In this document: positions 38,475 to 50,577 of the stretch, one piece after another
Numbering within the stretch: the first letter of the stretch is position 1
Layout of the letters: every line of letters begins with the position of its first letter
Source: Lingula anatina
Taxonomy: Eukaryota; Animalia; Brachiopoda
Assembly: GCA_051362555.1 (NCBI GenBank)
Contig: CM120645.1
Coordinates: 17,174,001-17,238,000, forward strand
DNA: 64,000 nucleotides
Direction: 5' to 3'
Translations under genes and position numbers: made by a program
The notes under the pieces: model-generated
What the model was told of the DNA's origin: nothing
The model's database searches: none
The model's input: the letters and a program-made list of their open reading frames with translations, nothing else

Positions 38475-39087
38475 GTCAACGACTAGGATTTGAGATGGCC
38501 TTACCAATAGTCCACAACTAAAGCCCTGAGACGGCCCGTACCGAACAACCGAACCAAGAAGACAGAATTTATGACCTACTTACAACCTGTGGTAACTCTA
38601 GATATCTGAGATGCCTGGAGCCAGTCAACAGCCATTATTTAGATGACCCGGCCCAGTCAAGTACTAGCAGTTACTGGTGGGACTGTAATTAAGGAAATTG
38701 AACTAAGATCCAATCCGCAGCTTGCAATAAAGCTGAAATTGAGACTTTCTCGAGTATATGTTGACACTTGATTTCATATCCACAGATAACTATAAATACT
38801 AGTAGACCTCAGTGTAGCTGAATATATTATTGGCTATCTAAATATACATATGATTATTAATTTATTTGTTTGTTAAAATTAAGATACTCGGCAATTTGAC
38901 ATGTTTGCTGTTGATGTTCAAATGTTTTAGCTAGCTTATTACTTATAGAGAAACTGTCTACATTTTGAAATTTACTTGTCTTGTGTAGTGTAGATAAGTT
39001 TATTTGAATTCAAATAAGTTACGCTGCCCATACCACCTGCCCCCTCCCTCCTTTCTAAGAATACCTGCTCACTGCTTGACATTAAAA

Positions 39088-42000
39088 ATGGATGCAGCTA
39101 CCATTACCAAGACTCCCAGCACTAGGACAGTTCCTTCTCAGACACCAACTGACCAAGAAGTAACATTCAGAAACATATCGCCTAAAGATGATTTGAGAAG
39201 AAGACTAATTGAGGAATTAGATCCAGATGACTCCGTCAGTCAAGCCGGCTCAAACGTATCTTTTAAGGAGCGACAGTTAGAAGAAGAAGCTAGACAGGTT
39301 GCTTTGAAGGAAAGGCTGAAGTACCTTACAGCACAGCAAGAAATAGAAGAGCAACAGATACGTTTAGAGCAGAGAAGAAAGCGGCTCTTGTTAGAATCAG
39401 AACTGAATGAAAGCAAGAAAAGGGAAGAAATCTTTAGGAAAGCATTGGGAGGTGAAGATACTACTAAGAAGGAGTCAGACAGCAGCTATAGCCATGATGT
39501 TGTGAGGGCCTTAGAGAAGTTGAGCCTGAGTAGATTACCGATTCCAGAGCCACCTGTATTTGAGGGAAATTATCTAACATATGTAACATGGCGACTAGCA
39601 TTCAAGACTCTAATAGAAAGCAGAAATATCCCACCCAGTGAGAGGCTGTACTACCTAAAGAGGTACCTCAGAGGAGAAGCTAAAGAGACAGTGGATCATT
39701 TGTTTTACTTAGATTCAGAAGAGGCTTACATTGAAGCCCTTGAGATACTTGAAGATAGATATGGTGATAAATTCTTGATAGCAGAGGCTTTCAGAGACAA
39801 ATTAGAAAAGTGGCCCAAGATTAACAGTAGAGACAGTAAGGGACTTAGAAAACTATCAGATTTTCTCAGGCAGTGTTTAGCAGCAACAGATCATGTAGGA
39901 GAGTTGAAGATCCTGGACGACTGTCGGGAAAATAGGAAGTTACTTCAGAAACTACCTGAATGGATCACACGAAGATGGGCCCGAATTGTCGAAGAATCAC
40001 AAGGTTTCCCAGGCTTCAAGAGGTTTGTAGAGTTTGTAAAAAAGGAATCCGACATTGTAAATAACCCTGTTATGAGACCAGCTGAAACTGCATTTAGCAA
40101 GAAAACCCCCACTTCCACCAGCCTTATGACGAAGACGAGCGATCAAGCTATACCAACGCCTCCTGTCACGAAAAATGCCTGTACATTCTGTGAGAAAATA
40201 GGACACGACATCAGAGAATGCCGAAACTTCGAAAGAAAAACGCCACAAGAAAGAATGGAGTTTATAAAGAAAAGAGGTCTTTGCCTAAGCTGCCTTAGAA
40301 ACGGTCACTTAGCCAAGGAGTGTAAAAGGAAGGAACAATGCAGTAGATGTGGTCGTAAACACCCTGCCATACTACATGGGGACTACGAAGCCCTACACCC
40401 AGAAGATCAACATGTAAGAACATTGTCAAGTACTTGCCAAGAGGGAGCTATCAGTTCAATGACAATTCCAGTCTATGTATCTGTAGGAAATTCCGGGAAT
40501 GAAATCCTGACATATGCTCTTCTAGATAGTCAAAGTGATGTTACATTCATTAGCGACGAGTTAGCAGCCAAGCTGAATGCAGAAAGCGTACCTACAAGTA
40601 TCAGGATTACAACAGTCAACTCCAGCTATGTAGTCAAAACTTCAAAGGTGTCAGGATTGACTGTAAGAGGTTTTAACTTAACAGAAACTATAGCACTACC
40701 AACCTGTTATACAAGAGAAAACATACCATTCAACAAGAAACATGTACCTAGACCATCGGATGCGAGAAGATGGAATCACCTGCAAAATATACAGAGCCAA
40801 ATTGCACCGCTCCAGAATTGCGACGCAGGTTTACTTATAGGTTACAACTGCTCTCGTGCATTGGTACCCCTTAGTGTCAGAGTAGGAGCAAACGAGGAAC
40901 CCTATGGAATACAGACACCCCTGGGATGGAGCGTCGTGGGAAGGACCGGACGAGAAGACACAGATGAATATCACCTCAGTCACAGAGTGATGAGGAAAGA
41001 AATACAAAAGGATTTGAGAGTCGATGATAGAGGAGAAGTGACTTTTGTCCACAGAACAAAGGTTAAAGAGACAGTAACTGAGCCAGAGATAATTCAGTTA
41101 CTGGAAGCGGACTTCAGGGATGAGCACAAGTCAGAAGATTCCTTGTCCCAGGATGACTTGAAGTTCTTAAGGAAGATGAAAGACACAATCTATCAAGACC
41201 AAGACAATTTCTATACCATGCCTCTACCATTTAGAACTGATGCCCCACAGTTGCCTGACAACATGCCCATGGCCATGAGAAGACTTGAGCATCTGAGAAA
41301 GAAATTTGCAGACAAAGAATTTGCCGCCGAATATAAGAAGTTCATGGACGCGATGATAGAAAGCGGAGAAGCTGAACCTGTTCCAGACAAAGATGTAGCT
41401 GGAGGACACAGATGGGTCGTGCCGCACCATGGAGTTTACCATAAACGTAAAGGAAAGCTCAGGGTAGTATTTGACTGCGCAGCGAGATATAAGAACATTA
41501 ACCTGAATGAGAACCTCATCTCAGGTCCAGACCTCACCAACAGTCTGATAGGATGTCTCCTGAGATTCAGAGAGGGATCAGTAGCCGTTGTAGGAGACAT
41601 AGAACGAATGTTTTATCGGTTCAAGGTAGACCCACGAGATCGTAACTACTTCCAGTTCCTGTGGTGGGATGGAGACCTAGAAGGCACACCTAAGCTATTT
41701 AGGATGACAGTTCACCTGTTTGGAGCTGCCAGTTCCCCTGCGTGTGCTTACTTTGCTTTGAAACAACTGGTTGAAGACTATGGAGAAGAATTTGATGAGA
41801 AGGTTTGCTGGGTAGCTGGTAATTGCCTTTACGTAGACGACTTGTTATTAAGCATTGATTCTGCTGAGGAGGCAAAGCAGCTTATTGAAGGCGTACGTCA
41901 GCTATTTCAGAAAGCAAATATAAGACTTCACAAGTTTATTAGCAACAACCAAGAAGTTTTGGAGAGTATTCCCGTATCAGAAAGAGGGGCACAGAGCACC

Positions 42001-44409
42001 ACTGTTGATTTGCCTTTACCTGCCACAGAGAGAGTATTGGGAATTCAGTGGGATACCCATAGCGACCAGCTCAGATTTCAGTTAACACTGAATGAAAGAC
42101 CGATGACTAGAAGAGGAATTCTTTCGACTGTTGCCTCTGTCTATGATCCCTTGGGTTGTATAGCACCATTTATCCTATTAGGCAAACAGATACTGCAGGA
42201 GATGTGTGCGACCAAAGCCAGCTGGGATGATCCAATATCAGAAGAACTCAGACCAAGATGGGAGAAATGGCTGCGTGAATTGCCAAAGCTAGCAGAAATT
42301 CATTTATCAAGATGCTATATTCCCCAAGACTTTGGAAAAATTGTCACAGCAGAGATACACCACTTTTCGGACGCAAGTACCAGAGGATATGGCCAATGCT
42401 CCTACCTTCGAGTAGTGAATAACAAAAACGAGTGCCACTGCTGTATCGTGTTGGGCAAATCTCGAGTCGCGCCACTCAAGATTACTACAATTCCGAGATT
42501 AGAGCTTACAGCAGCCACAATGTCGACCAAGATGAGTACTCTGCTGAAGTCTGAAATTACCTATAAAAACCTCAAGGAGTATTTCTGGACAGACTCCAAG
42601 ATAGTGCTAGGATATTTGAAGAACAATGTAAGAAGATTTCATGTCTTCGTAGCCAACAGGATTCAGACGATTCAAAACGCTTCTGACCCTAGTCAGTGGC
42701 ACTACGTGCCAACCAATGATAACCCGGCCGACCATGCTTCTAGAGGGCTGTATCCAGAGGAACTGATGGCATCAAATTGGTTTAAAGGCCCAGAATTCCT
42801 GAGAAACCCAGTTCTAAGCATGGTAGAAGAAAATCCAGAGGTTGATCCAAATGATCCAGAGTTGAAGAAAGCAACAGTAAATGCAGTGGAGACTACAGAA
42901 AAAGCAGGAACATTTACACAGAAGTTCAATAGATTTTCATCCTGGACCAATGCCATTACAGCAGTGACAACCATTAGAAAACGTCTACTCAAAATGGGTT
43001 CATCATTGTCTGCTGACCGACGAAAGGCAGAACTTACTATTCTTAAGCTGCTTCAGGCTGAACGGTTCCAAGACGAAATTAGGCAAATCAAAGATGGATC
43101 GCTTCCGAAGAAAAACCCTCTCTCCAAGCTGGATCCTTATATTGACGAAGAAGGAACCCTGCGAGTAGGAGGACGTCTGACACGATCCTCACTCTCTTAC
43201 GAAGTACAACACCCTGTAATTTTGCCAAAGTCAGGACATATTGTAGACCTAATTGTGCGTCATTGCCATCAGAAGGTAGCCCACCAGGGAAGAGGTTTCA
43301 CTCTGAATGAGATACGTTGCCAAGGGTACTATATCATTGGTATAGGCAAGACGGTTGCTTCTGCAATACACAGATGCGTAACCTGTAGAAAAAACAGGGG
43401 CAAAAGTGAAGAACAGAGGATGTCAGATTTACCAAGGGATCGAACAGAACCTTCACCCCCATTCAGTTACTGCGGCATTGATTGCTTTGGTCCCTTCCCT
43501 GTGAAAGAAGGTCGCCGTGAAGTTAAGCGATATGGATTGATAGTGACCTGCATGGCGTCGAGAGCAGTACACATCGAATGCCTGGATGACATGACGACAG
43601 ATAGTTTCATAAATGCTTTAAGATGTGTGATAGCTTTGAGGGGTCCCATACGGCAAATCAGATGTGATCAGGGATCAAATTTTATCGGAGCAAGAGTGCT
43701 TTTAGATAAATCACTAGAAGAGGTCAAAAATGACGAGTTGAAGAAATTTATGATTGAGAACAAGTGTGATTTTGTGTTTAACAGCCCACACTCAAGCCAT
43801 ATGGGAGGTGTGTGGGAGCGACACATTAGAACCATCAGAAGTATACTAGCAGCAATGTTGGAGCAACATGGTTCTCGTATTGACACAACCACCTTAAGAA
43901 CCTTCCTATATGAAGTTATGGCCATTATTAACTGTCGACCTTTGACCGTACAGAACCTACATGATCCACTTGGTCCAGAATCACTTACTGCGAACCATTT
44001 GTTGACAATGAAGCCAAAGGTAATATTGCCATTGGGAGAGTTTGGACCTGAGCACCTGTATGCAAGGCAAAGATGGCGCCAAGTACAAGTGTTAGCGGAT
44101 AATTTCTGGAGTCGCTGGAGGAAGGAATACCTTCTTAATCAGCAACAACGAACAAAGTGGAATGGGAAACGAAGAAACCTAGGAGTGGGAGACATTGTTT
44201 TGCTCAAAGATGAAGGATTATACAGAGGAGACTGGCGACTTGCCAGAGTGACAGAGGCGAGCATAGATGAGGATGGATTAGTTCGCAGAGTGAAGATTCT
44301 TTTGGGGAATCCTGATCTTTCTGCCAAAGGCATCCCCTCCTCTACGTCTACTATATTAGAACGTCCAATCCATAAACTAGTTTTGTTGTTAGAAGGGGAT
44401 AAGTTGTGA
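39088..44409 (+). CDS. BEL/Pao Gag-Pol polyprotein (Gag, aspartic protease, RT, RNase H, integrase)
   Basis: Frame open from 39004, first ATG 39088. Three Cys/His knuckles (CTFCEKIGHDIREC, CLSCLRNGHLAKEC, CSRCGRKHPAILH); ALLDSQS; RVVFDC, GDIERMF, YVDD; HHFSDAS, IPRLEL, WTDS; integrase HHCC, GIDCFGP, CDQGSNF, GGVWER. Confidence 0.96.
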   Translation: MDAATITKTPSTRTVPSQTPTDQEVTFRNISPKDDLRRRLIEELDPDDSVSQAGSNVSFKERQLEEEARQVALKERLKYLTAQQEIEEQQIRLEQRRKRLLLESELNESKKREEIFRKALGGEDTTKKESDSSYSHDVVRALEKLSLSRLPIPEPPVFEGNYLTYVTWRLAFKTLIESRNIPPSERLYYLKRYLRGEAKETVDHLFYLDSEEAYIEALEILEDRYGDKFLIAEAFRDKLEKWPKINSRDSKGLRKLSDFLRQCLAATDHVGELKILDDCRENRKLLQKLPEWITRRWARIVEESQGFPGFKRFVEFVKKESDIVNNPVMRPAETAFSKKTPTSTSLMTKTSDQAIPTPPVTKNACTFCEKIGHDIRECRNFERKTPQERMEFIKKRGLCLSCLRNGHLAKECKRKEQCSRCGRKHPAILHGDYEALHPEDQHVRTLSSTCQEGAISSMTIPVYVSVGNSGNEILTYALLDSQSDVTFISDELAAKLNAESVPTSIRITTVNSSYVVKTSKVSGLTVRGFNLTETIALPTCYTRENIPFNKKHVPRPSDARRWNHLQNIQSQIAPLQNCDAGLLIGYNCSRALVPLSVRVGANEEPYGIQTPLGWSVVGRTGREDTDEYHLSHRVMRKEIQKDLRVDDRGEVTFVHRTKVKETVTEPEIIQLLEADFRDEHKSEDSLSQDDLKFLRKMKDTIYQDQDNFYTMPLPFRTDAPQLPDNMPMAMRRLEHLRKKFADKEFAAEYKKFMDAMIESGEAEPVPDKDVAGGHRWVVPHHGVYHKRKGKLRVVFDCAARYKNINLNENLISGPDLTNSLIGCLLRFREGSVAVVGDIERMFYRFKVDPRDRNYFQFLWWDGDLEGTPKLFRMTVHLFGAASSPACAYFALKQLVEDYGEEFDEKVCWVAGNCLYVDDLLLSIDSAEEAKQLIEGVRQLFQKANIRLHKFISNNQEVLESIPVSERGAQSTTVDLPLPATERVLGIQWDTHSDQLRFQLTLNERPMTRRGILSTVASVYDPLGCIAPFILLGKQILQEMCATKASWDDPISEELRPRWEKWLRELPKLAEIHLSRCYIPQDFGKIVTAEIHHFSDASTRGYGQCSYLRVVNNKNECHCCIVLGKSRVAPLKITTIPRLELTAATMSTKMSTLLKSEITYKNLKEYFWTDSKIVLGYLKNNVRRFHVFVANRIQTIQNASDPSQWHYVPTNDNPADHASRGLYPEELMASNWFKGPEFLRNPVLSMVEENPEVDPNDPELKKATVNAVETTEKAGTFTQKFNRFSSWTNAITAVTTIRKRLLKMGSSLSADRRKAELTILKLLQAERFQDEIRQIKDGSLPKKNPLSKLDPYIDEEGTLRVGGRLTRSSLSYEVQHPVILPKSGHIVDLIVRHCHQKVAHQGRGFTLNEIRCQGYYIIGIGKTVASAIHRCVTCRKNRGKSEEQRMSDLPRDRTEPSPPFSYCGIDCFGPFPVKEGRREVKRYGLIVTCMASRAVHIECLDDMTTDSFINALRCVIALRGPIRQIRCDQGSNFIGARVLLDKSLEEVKNDELKKFMIENKCDFVFNSPHSSHMGGVWERHIRTIRSILAAMLEQHGSRIDTTTLRTFLYEVMAIINCRPLTVQNLHDPLGPESLTANHLLTMKPKVILPLGEFGPEHLYARQRWRQVQVLADNFWSRWRKEYLLNQQQRTKWNGKRRNLGVGDIVLLKDEGLYRGDWRLARVTEASIDEDGLVRRVKILLGNPDLSAKGIPSSTSTILERPIHKLVLLLEGDKL

Positions 44410-44610
44410 GTTTTCCATAGAATAAGGTTCGAGTATGGTTTTGTGATACATGATGTTCAAAGAACTGTTAAGTGAAGATCTAATGGTATTTGGGAGTACC
44501 AAAGCTATTGTATAGTGAGTTAATAGTTACAGTTTACCAGTTACATTGTTTCATGTGTAAGTTAGTTTTGTTTGTTTGTATAGAAAATCAATTAGATTTT
44601 GGCTGGGGAG

Positions 44611-45435
44611 TGTTACTGCCAGAGCAGTGTTTTATAGATAAATCTTATTTCTTTACTTCGGACGCGCTACTCACTTGTTTGTCGCATCGGTGTTGAGTAA
44701 CAATTGTTTTTAGCGCGCTTATGATAATGATGGGATAGAATGTGATTGCACGAGGAATGAGATCGGCTGATATTAAATGCTGAGACAGCCGTAATTACAA
44801 GTGTTTTTGTAACAGGAATCTGGCCCATAAGGTTAGCAATTAATTTTAAGTTATGAAAGTTCATTTAAAGATAATTGCGAGAAGATAAAATTAGTTTTCC
44901 ATTGTAAACTGCAACTTTGAGTAGCGTTAGAAATGCCGGTCTGATGTACAATGCACAGTACATGTAACACAATCACTGTACCTTTCAGTATTGGAGTAAA
45001 GAAAGTTCAGTAAAGTGTAGTGTATTGTTTAGAAACGAGAATGTAGTTGTACTAGTTGCGAGTTAAAGATTGTTTGTTTTATGTTCGTAATCAATGTTAT
45101 TTTAAAAGCGTATTTTTTCATTGTGTTAGTTGCGTCAGATGAGATTTACTACACAATCATTTAGAACCCAGTCGCTTGCATTACACTAGAATAGCCCAAA
45201 GTCGGTAAGAGTTACTTATATTTTGGAGATAAAGATAGGATAACATGCAACTGTTAAGTAAAGATGTTATTTAAGTGACTTAATAGCATTATATAAAAGA
45301 ACTAGGGCAAGAATATGAGATGATTTTCATATTTTATTTCAATTATTCTTTTCAGTTGACGGTTTAAGGTTAAATAAATCAGTAAAAACGACGCAAAGCT
45401 GTTGTTGTTGTGTGTGAGTATTGCAAGTGGCTACA
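44611..45435 (+). repeat. 3' LTR
   Basis: Direct repeat of 37650-38474, preceded by the PPT and followed by TSD GGTAG. Confidence 0.97.
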
Positions 45436-45497
45436 GGTAGTATTTGGTAAAATTTCAAAATTCAGACTATGTACTTGTTGTTTGCTACACTACAATA

Positions 45498-45740
45498 CAG
45501 TGGCAGATTTAGAGAGGGGGCCCAGGGGAATCCCCCTTCGGTTTCTGAAAAATATATATCACACCAATATTCCCCTCTTGAAATTATAATTTTGACTAGC
45601 TAAATTATAGTTCTAAACCGTACCAAAGGGCACTGTTTGCTAGCAAAAGACCATTTTTTTTGTCGAGGCCGTTGAGCAGGCCCCAAACCCCACACCAAAA
45701 GGGCGATGGTCTACTTTGCATCTGAAGCCTGTCGGTCCGG

Positions 45741-45785
<45 letters not shown>

Positions 45786-45822
45786 ACACACACACCTTCT
45801 AATAATCCTGGATCCGCCCCTT
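45498..45822. mobile_element. Degenerate MITE-like element of the dispersed family
   Basis: Ends cagtggcagattt... and ...ggatccgcccc resemble imperfect inverted termini; 5' part is shared with 48059-48175 and 30383-30455. Confidence 0.5.
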
Positions 45823-46574
45823 CACCTAACCGCAGCAGCTGAAGTCGCAAAAACAACGGCACTGTAAGGGCGTTTTGAACTATTTTATCCACGCTTACTG
45901 CAGTAAAATAAACTAACAAAATAGTTACAAGAGCGAAGAAGCGGTTTGTTTTTTAAATAGGATAGTAATATTTTTCTTTACAGTTGTATTTTTGTTTCCC
46001 ATCCACTTATTATCACAGGTCCTTGCTAACATTTAGCCCCGCAAAAATTAAACCACTTATCTCAACCACAACACGAATGTCACCTTTAATGAAGATGATT
46101 TAGTATCGTTTTATTCATTTATTTAGTTACTTATTATTTTGCAGAAAGTAGACTTTGACAGTAAAAGAATCTGTCAATATTCCACACATTATGCAAATAC
46201 ATTTATTCTTCCTTCTTCCACGCACATGCTGGAGCACATACTGTGATTTCAAGCCGTCGCTCTCATAAAAATAAGTAACCAAGCAAGGTTACAGTTGTAC
46301 CAATTTTGAAATGACTCGTGCGCTACCTCCAGAATGACGTCAAATGTCATATTTCTTTACTTGAATCTGTTTTAAATTGGTTTCTTTTGCTAAATTCTTC
46401 TTTTTACAAAATAATTTGTAATCTAGAGTGTCGTATTAGGCATGCTGAAGGTGGAAACATGTTGTATATATTCTCTCGAAATACATGTACAGTATATTGC
46501 AAGTTAATTACTAACTTCAGATTTTAGCGCTCTCTTTCGGCGTACTCACAGCGAGAGATATCACGGTGCACGAT

Positions 46575-46970
46575 GATTGACGTCTGTTTATATAACCTGC
46601 CAATCAAGCTGTTATTACTTGACAGCAACTATCAAAACTAACTGAATTTGATTGGCACCTTGTCAATCAAATGATGTAGGAAGCTTGAACTAAATGTGTT
46701 CGACGACTATAGTGATCCACTGTAATGATTGTGATTGACGTTTGTTTATATAACCTGCCAATCAAACTGTTATTACTTGACAGCAACTATCAAGCTAACT
46801 GAATTTGATTGGCACCTTGTCAATCAAAGGATATAGGAGTTTTACATGTTCGGAGAGAAGAGTGTAGTAATTGTGTTTGACGTTTGTTTAAAAAACTATC
46901 ATTCATTGTCGTGTGCGGTTGACAGCTTCCATCAAAGCTGAATTATCCTGTTTGAATTTGATTCATACCT
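46575..46970. repeat. Tandem repeat of about 158 bp (two good copies plus one degenerate) with CCAAT motifs
   Basis: gattgacgt.tgtttatataacctgccaatcaa...ttgattggcaccttgtcaatcaaa at 46575 and 46733; weaker copy near 46875. Confidence 0.75.
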
Positions 46971-48409
46971 GCCTATAACAATACATTCTGGAAGTAGGGG
47001 GCATTTTATTTTATTTTATTTTATCTTATTTTATTTTATTTATTTATCTATTTTTTTTTTTTTTTTTTTTTTTTTTTTGCAGCGCGTTAAAAACGTCGGG
47101 TTCTTTATTTCAACCGAGAGACTGAAATTTAACAACGTGAAAGAGTCCCGGGTTCTTTCACAGGCGTTTTTAATTGTATTAAAAATCAGTTGTCATTCTT
47201 TTTCTGAATATGATGTAAAATGACTATACATGAATTAACGTTGTTGTCGATGGTTGATTCTCCATAATCCTTTCTCTGGTGCTCGTACGAAATCGGAACT
47301 TCGTATACGAACTGAACTAATATTACTTTAATCATACTCATGTTCTTTTACACAAATTAATATTTTTGAATCGTTTTTAAAAAACGAATGGTATAAAAAG
47401 TAAAAACATGTCATGTTTTTTTCATGAGTTGCGGAGAGAAAAAATGCCGAGATAATGATGTTAGTGGCTAAGTAAAATTAAATACTACCGGTTTTGTTCG
47501 TTCCTTATAAAGGACCGGGGCAATAAGTACCGCGGTAGCCCGTCTCTGACAGGAGGGTGCGTGAAAACTGTTTTTAAGTAAACTACACAATTAAAACTGC
47601 CAAATTAAAACTGAAAACAATTTTATGCAATGCATGAACAATATTTCGAGCTTTAATCTGCGATATATTGTTAGTACTTCATAAGTATAAAAAAAATCCA
47701 GATTTTAATAACGTGTGAAAATTAATAAACTAATAGTGGAATAAGTCGGGGAAAGGCCCCCTCCTCACACACCTACTGTACGGCTGCCCAAGGCAGTCGG
47801 AGCGCGGGCTGTAAAAAGAATGGTGTTTTAAACGCCCCCTGCCCACTTTTTTTCACGTCAACACAGGAAGGGACTGGCTAGTTCTTCTATTTCTTCTTCT
47901 CTCCTTCTTTTTTTGTGGGAGCGCAAACTGGTCGAAAGTTAACACTTTTTGAGACCTTTCCTGTCGTGCGTAAGCACAACCAGTAGGCCTACAACGCATG
48001 AATTTTGTGCTAGCCGTCACAATGAGGCCGCAGCACAGGCAAAACACTGCAGCCTAAGCAGTGGTGGGTTTAGGGGGTTGTCAGGGGGATCCTGCGCCCC
48101 CACCCCTCCGCTTCGGTTCCTGAAAAATAAATCACACCAATACTCCCCTCTTGATATTAGAATTTTGATATAAATCGTATAGTATAGCGTCACGGACCTG
48201 CGGACCTCACGGTCAAATTAAATCTCCAGGTACCGGTGTGTATCATTACTATCAATGAACAGCAGCAGCCGTCGCCAGCTACATATGCCAGAGAGACTTT
48301 TAGCCGTCATGGGAATCGTAAATGACTTTTAAAAGACGCTGCATGATGTTATGGTTGTATAATAAACACCCAAACCCAATATAGAGGTGCATTTCACATG
48401 TTGAAGTGT

Positions 48410-48457
<48 letters not shown>

Positions 48458-50358
48458 ATAAATTCAAAGTGGTATTCAATTTTTTAAACATATATGTGTA
48501 TAAAACAAAAATCCACGACTGTCTCAATTTAAATTCAAATTTTAATTTTAATCATGTCTTTAACATTACGCAAAGAGCCCTAAATAGTAACGTATGTTCC
48601 AAAAACGTACGGTAACGTATGTTCCGGGTCATTTAATTTTAATTTTTATACCAGGTTCCAACATATTTTGTAGTGGTTCAGTCATGGTAAATTAGACACG
48701 ATGTAAGGACAATTTATTGCGTTTGACAATTTATGTTCCCTAGAAAAATTGTCAAAATATTTCATTTTGTTTAGTATTTGGTGCAAGAGAAAACAATGTT
48801 TTCCTTTGCTGACCGAAAAATATATTGTGATTCCACGATAGTTTGACATTTCTGATATATATAATATTTGGAGCACGAGGGGAAAAGTAATTTATTTAAT
48901 GCTTATTTTACTGTCGGTAGGGTGTATTTTCTCCCTTTTTTTTAAATATTCAGTAACATGCAAACTTAAGTTGCTCAAAGACAATTAATTGCTCTATACA
49001 GAAGATTATTATAATTTTTTACATCGTTATACTTTTAGAAGTTAAATCAAATAACGAAAACCAGTGATTATTGAATTTTCAGTGAGTAAAACGTTTCATA
49101 CTTGAACGTTTTGCATATGTGACAGTAACGCATGTTCCTTTTTGGGGGACAGAAGTTGAATTATTTTGTATTATTCATGGTTCCAGGAGAGTGAAACTTT
49201 GATACAAACTTCTTCACGTGGGACCCTAAAATAACCAGACATAGTTTGCAATTTGTGCACTAAATATTTTTAAGAGCATACCTGTGACATCAATTGCACC
49301 TTGGGTTTTGGTGTAAAGTGAAATTGACCGCATAGAAATGAAAGGAGAAACTGTTTGACAGTGTCTTGTAAAGTCATGAAAAAAGTTTAACAAACATATA
49401 CTAGTATTAAAAATGTAGGGCCCTAAGGCCTACTTTAGAATTATGCAAGCAGTCGAATGAGTGAGTAGCTTTTAATTTCAGGGTAATAACAGTTGAATCC
49501 ATTTCATTCGTCTTTTACAGTTTATGTATATTAGCTTATCAAATATCTATTAATATATAATCTTTTATCTCTTTAATAATTATTTATTTATTTATTTATT
49601 TACCCAGCTCTGAAACACTAATTCTGCTAATTGCTTCTTCACGGGAAACCCTTCCAGGCTGGCTAGAATAGATTAATAGAAATCAATCCATTTAAACATC
49701 ACTTTATTGTTCCAATGACATTTGTGAAAAAAATATCCTTGCTAACTCTTGGCAATGGCATAGCCTATATTGTTATTGGTAATGGATTAACCACTCAGAC
49801 CAATCTTGTCCAGGTTTATAGCTGCAGAATAATGTATTTATTTTAGATTTATGTAATGTTTGACGATTTGTATAATAGAACTATATAAAGTTGGCCTATT
49901 GGCCTAAAGAAGTGATAACCCTCCTCCCCCCCCCCCCCCTCCCCGGACGCAGTTGAAAAAAATGTCACGGTTTGTTTAAAAGATAAGATAATAATGTAAA
50001 CTGAGGATATTTTAAAAACCACTGGTACAATTATCATCCAAATTCAAAAGCAAAATTTGACAATTTTCAAAAGCTGATTTTCTTTTTATTCGCATGTGTT
50101 CCAGTCGTCCCCATACATAAAATGTCTACTGAAGCCCATCTTCGGTTTAGCATTGAGGGTTTTAACCTTTCGGAAAATTAAAAAAAGTGTTTGTATGTGT
50201 GGTTGCTACTATGGGCGAGAAGGGGAAGGCCAGTTCAGTTGCTTGAAAAAAATCTGAGCATCATCCTTTTATATGTTATATTTGGCAAAATTCAGATAGA
50301 CCGAGATAAAACGATATAAGAAGAAGCCCCCCCCCCCAACAATGTTTTCATACATCTT

Positions 50359-50577
50359 TGCGCATGCGCATCAGAATCCAGTATTGCGAGTGGAGAGAGG
50401 AGAGAGAAGAAGGAGGTGGTAAACTAGGTGTTTCTGGTAAGTTGACAACGTTACGTAATGAAAAGATACAAACCAAAACCTGAAACAGACACCAGCGAAG
50501 ATGTCTCTGCTGGATAGTTTCATTTTTAGTAGAAACGACGTGTAAATACCTCAGTGATAAGAAATGCAAATGGCCGC
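50359..50577 (+). promoter_or_regulatory. CNBP promoter and non-coding exon 1
   Basis: Perfect NRF-1 palindrome TGCGCATGCGCA at 50359-70; purine-rich exon ending at donor G|GTAAGT (50437); YY1-like AAATGGCCGC at 50568-77. Confidence 0.65.

Larger units (their letters stand above)
37650..45435 (+). mobile_element. Full-length, very recent BEL/Pao LTR retrotransposon
   Basis: 825-bp LTRs at 37650-38474 and 44611-45435 (TG...CA); 5-bp TSD GGTAG (37645-49, 45436-40); purine-rich PPT ggctggggag 44601-10; single intact gag-pol ORF; one LTR mismatch seen by eye (38174 C vs 45135 T). Confidence 0.97.

Noticed and set aside
39004-39087. TTG-initiated N-terminal extension of Gag-Pol
   Set aside because: Start chosen by the ORF caller; the first ATG in good context (aaaATGG) is at 39088.
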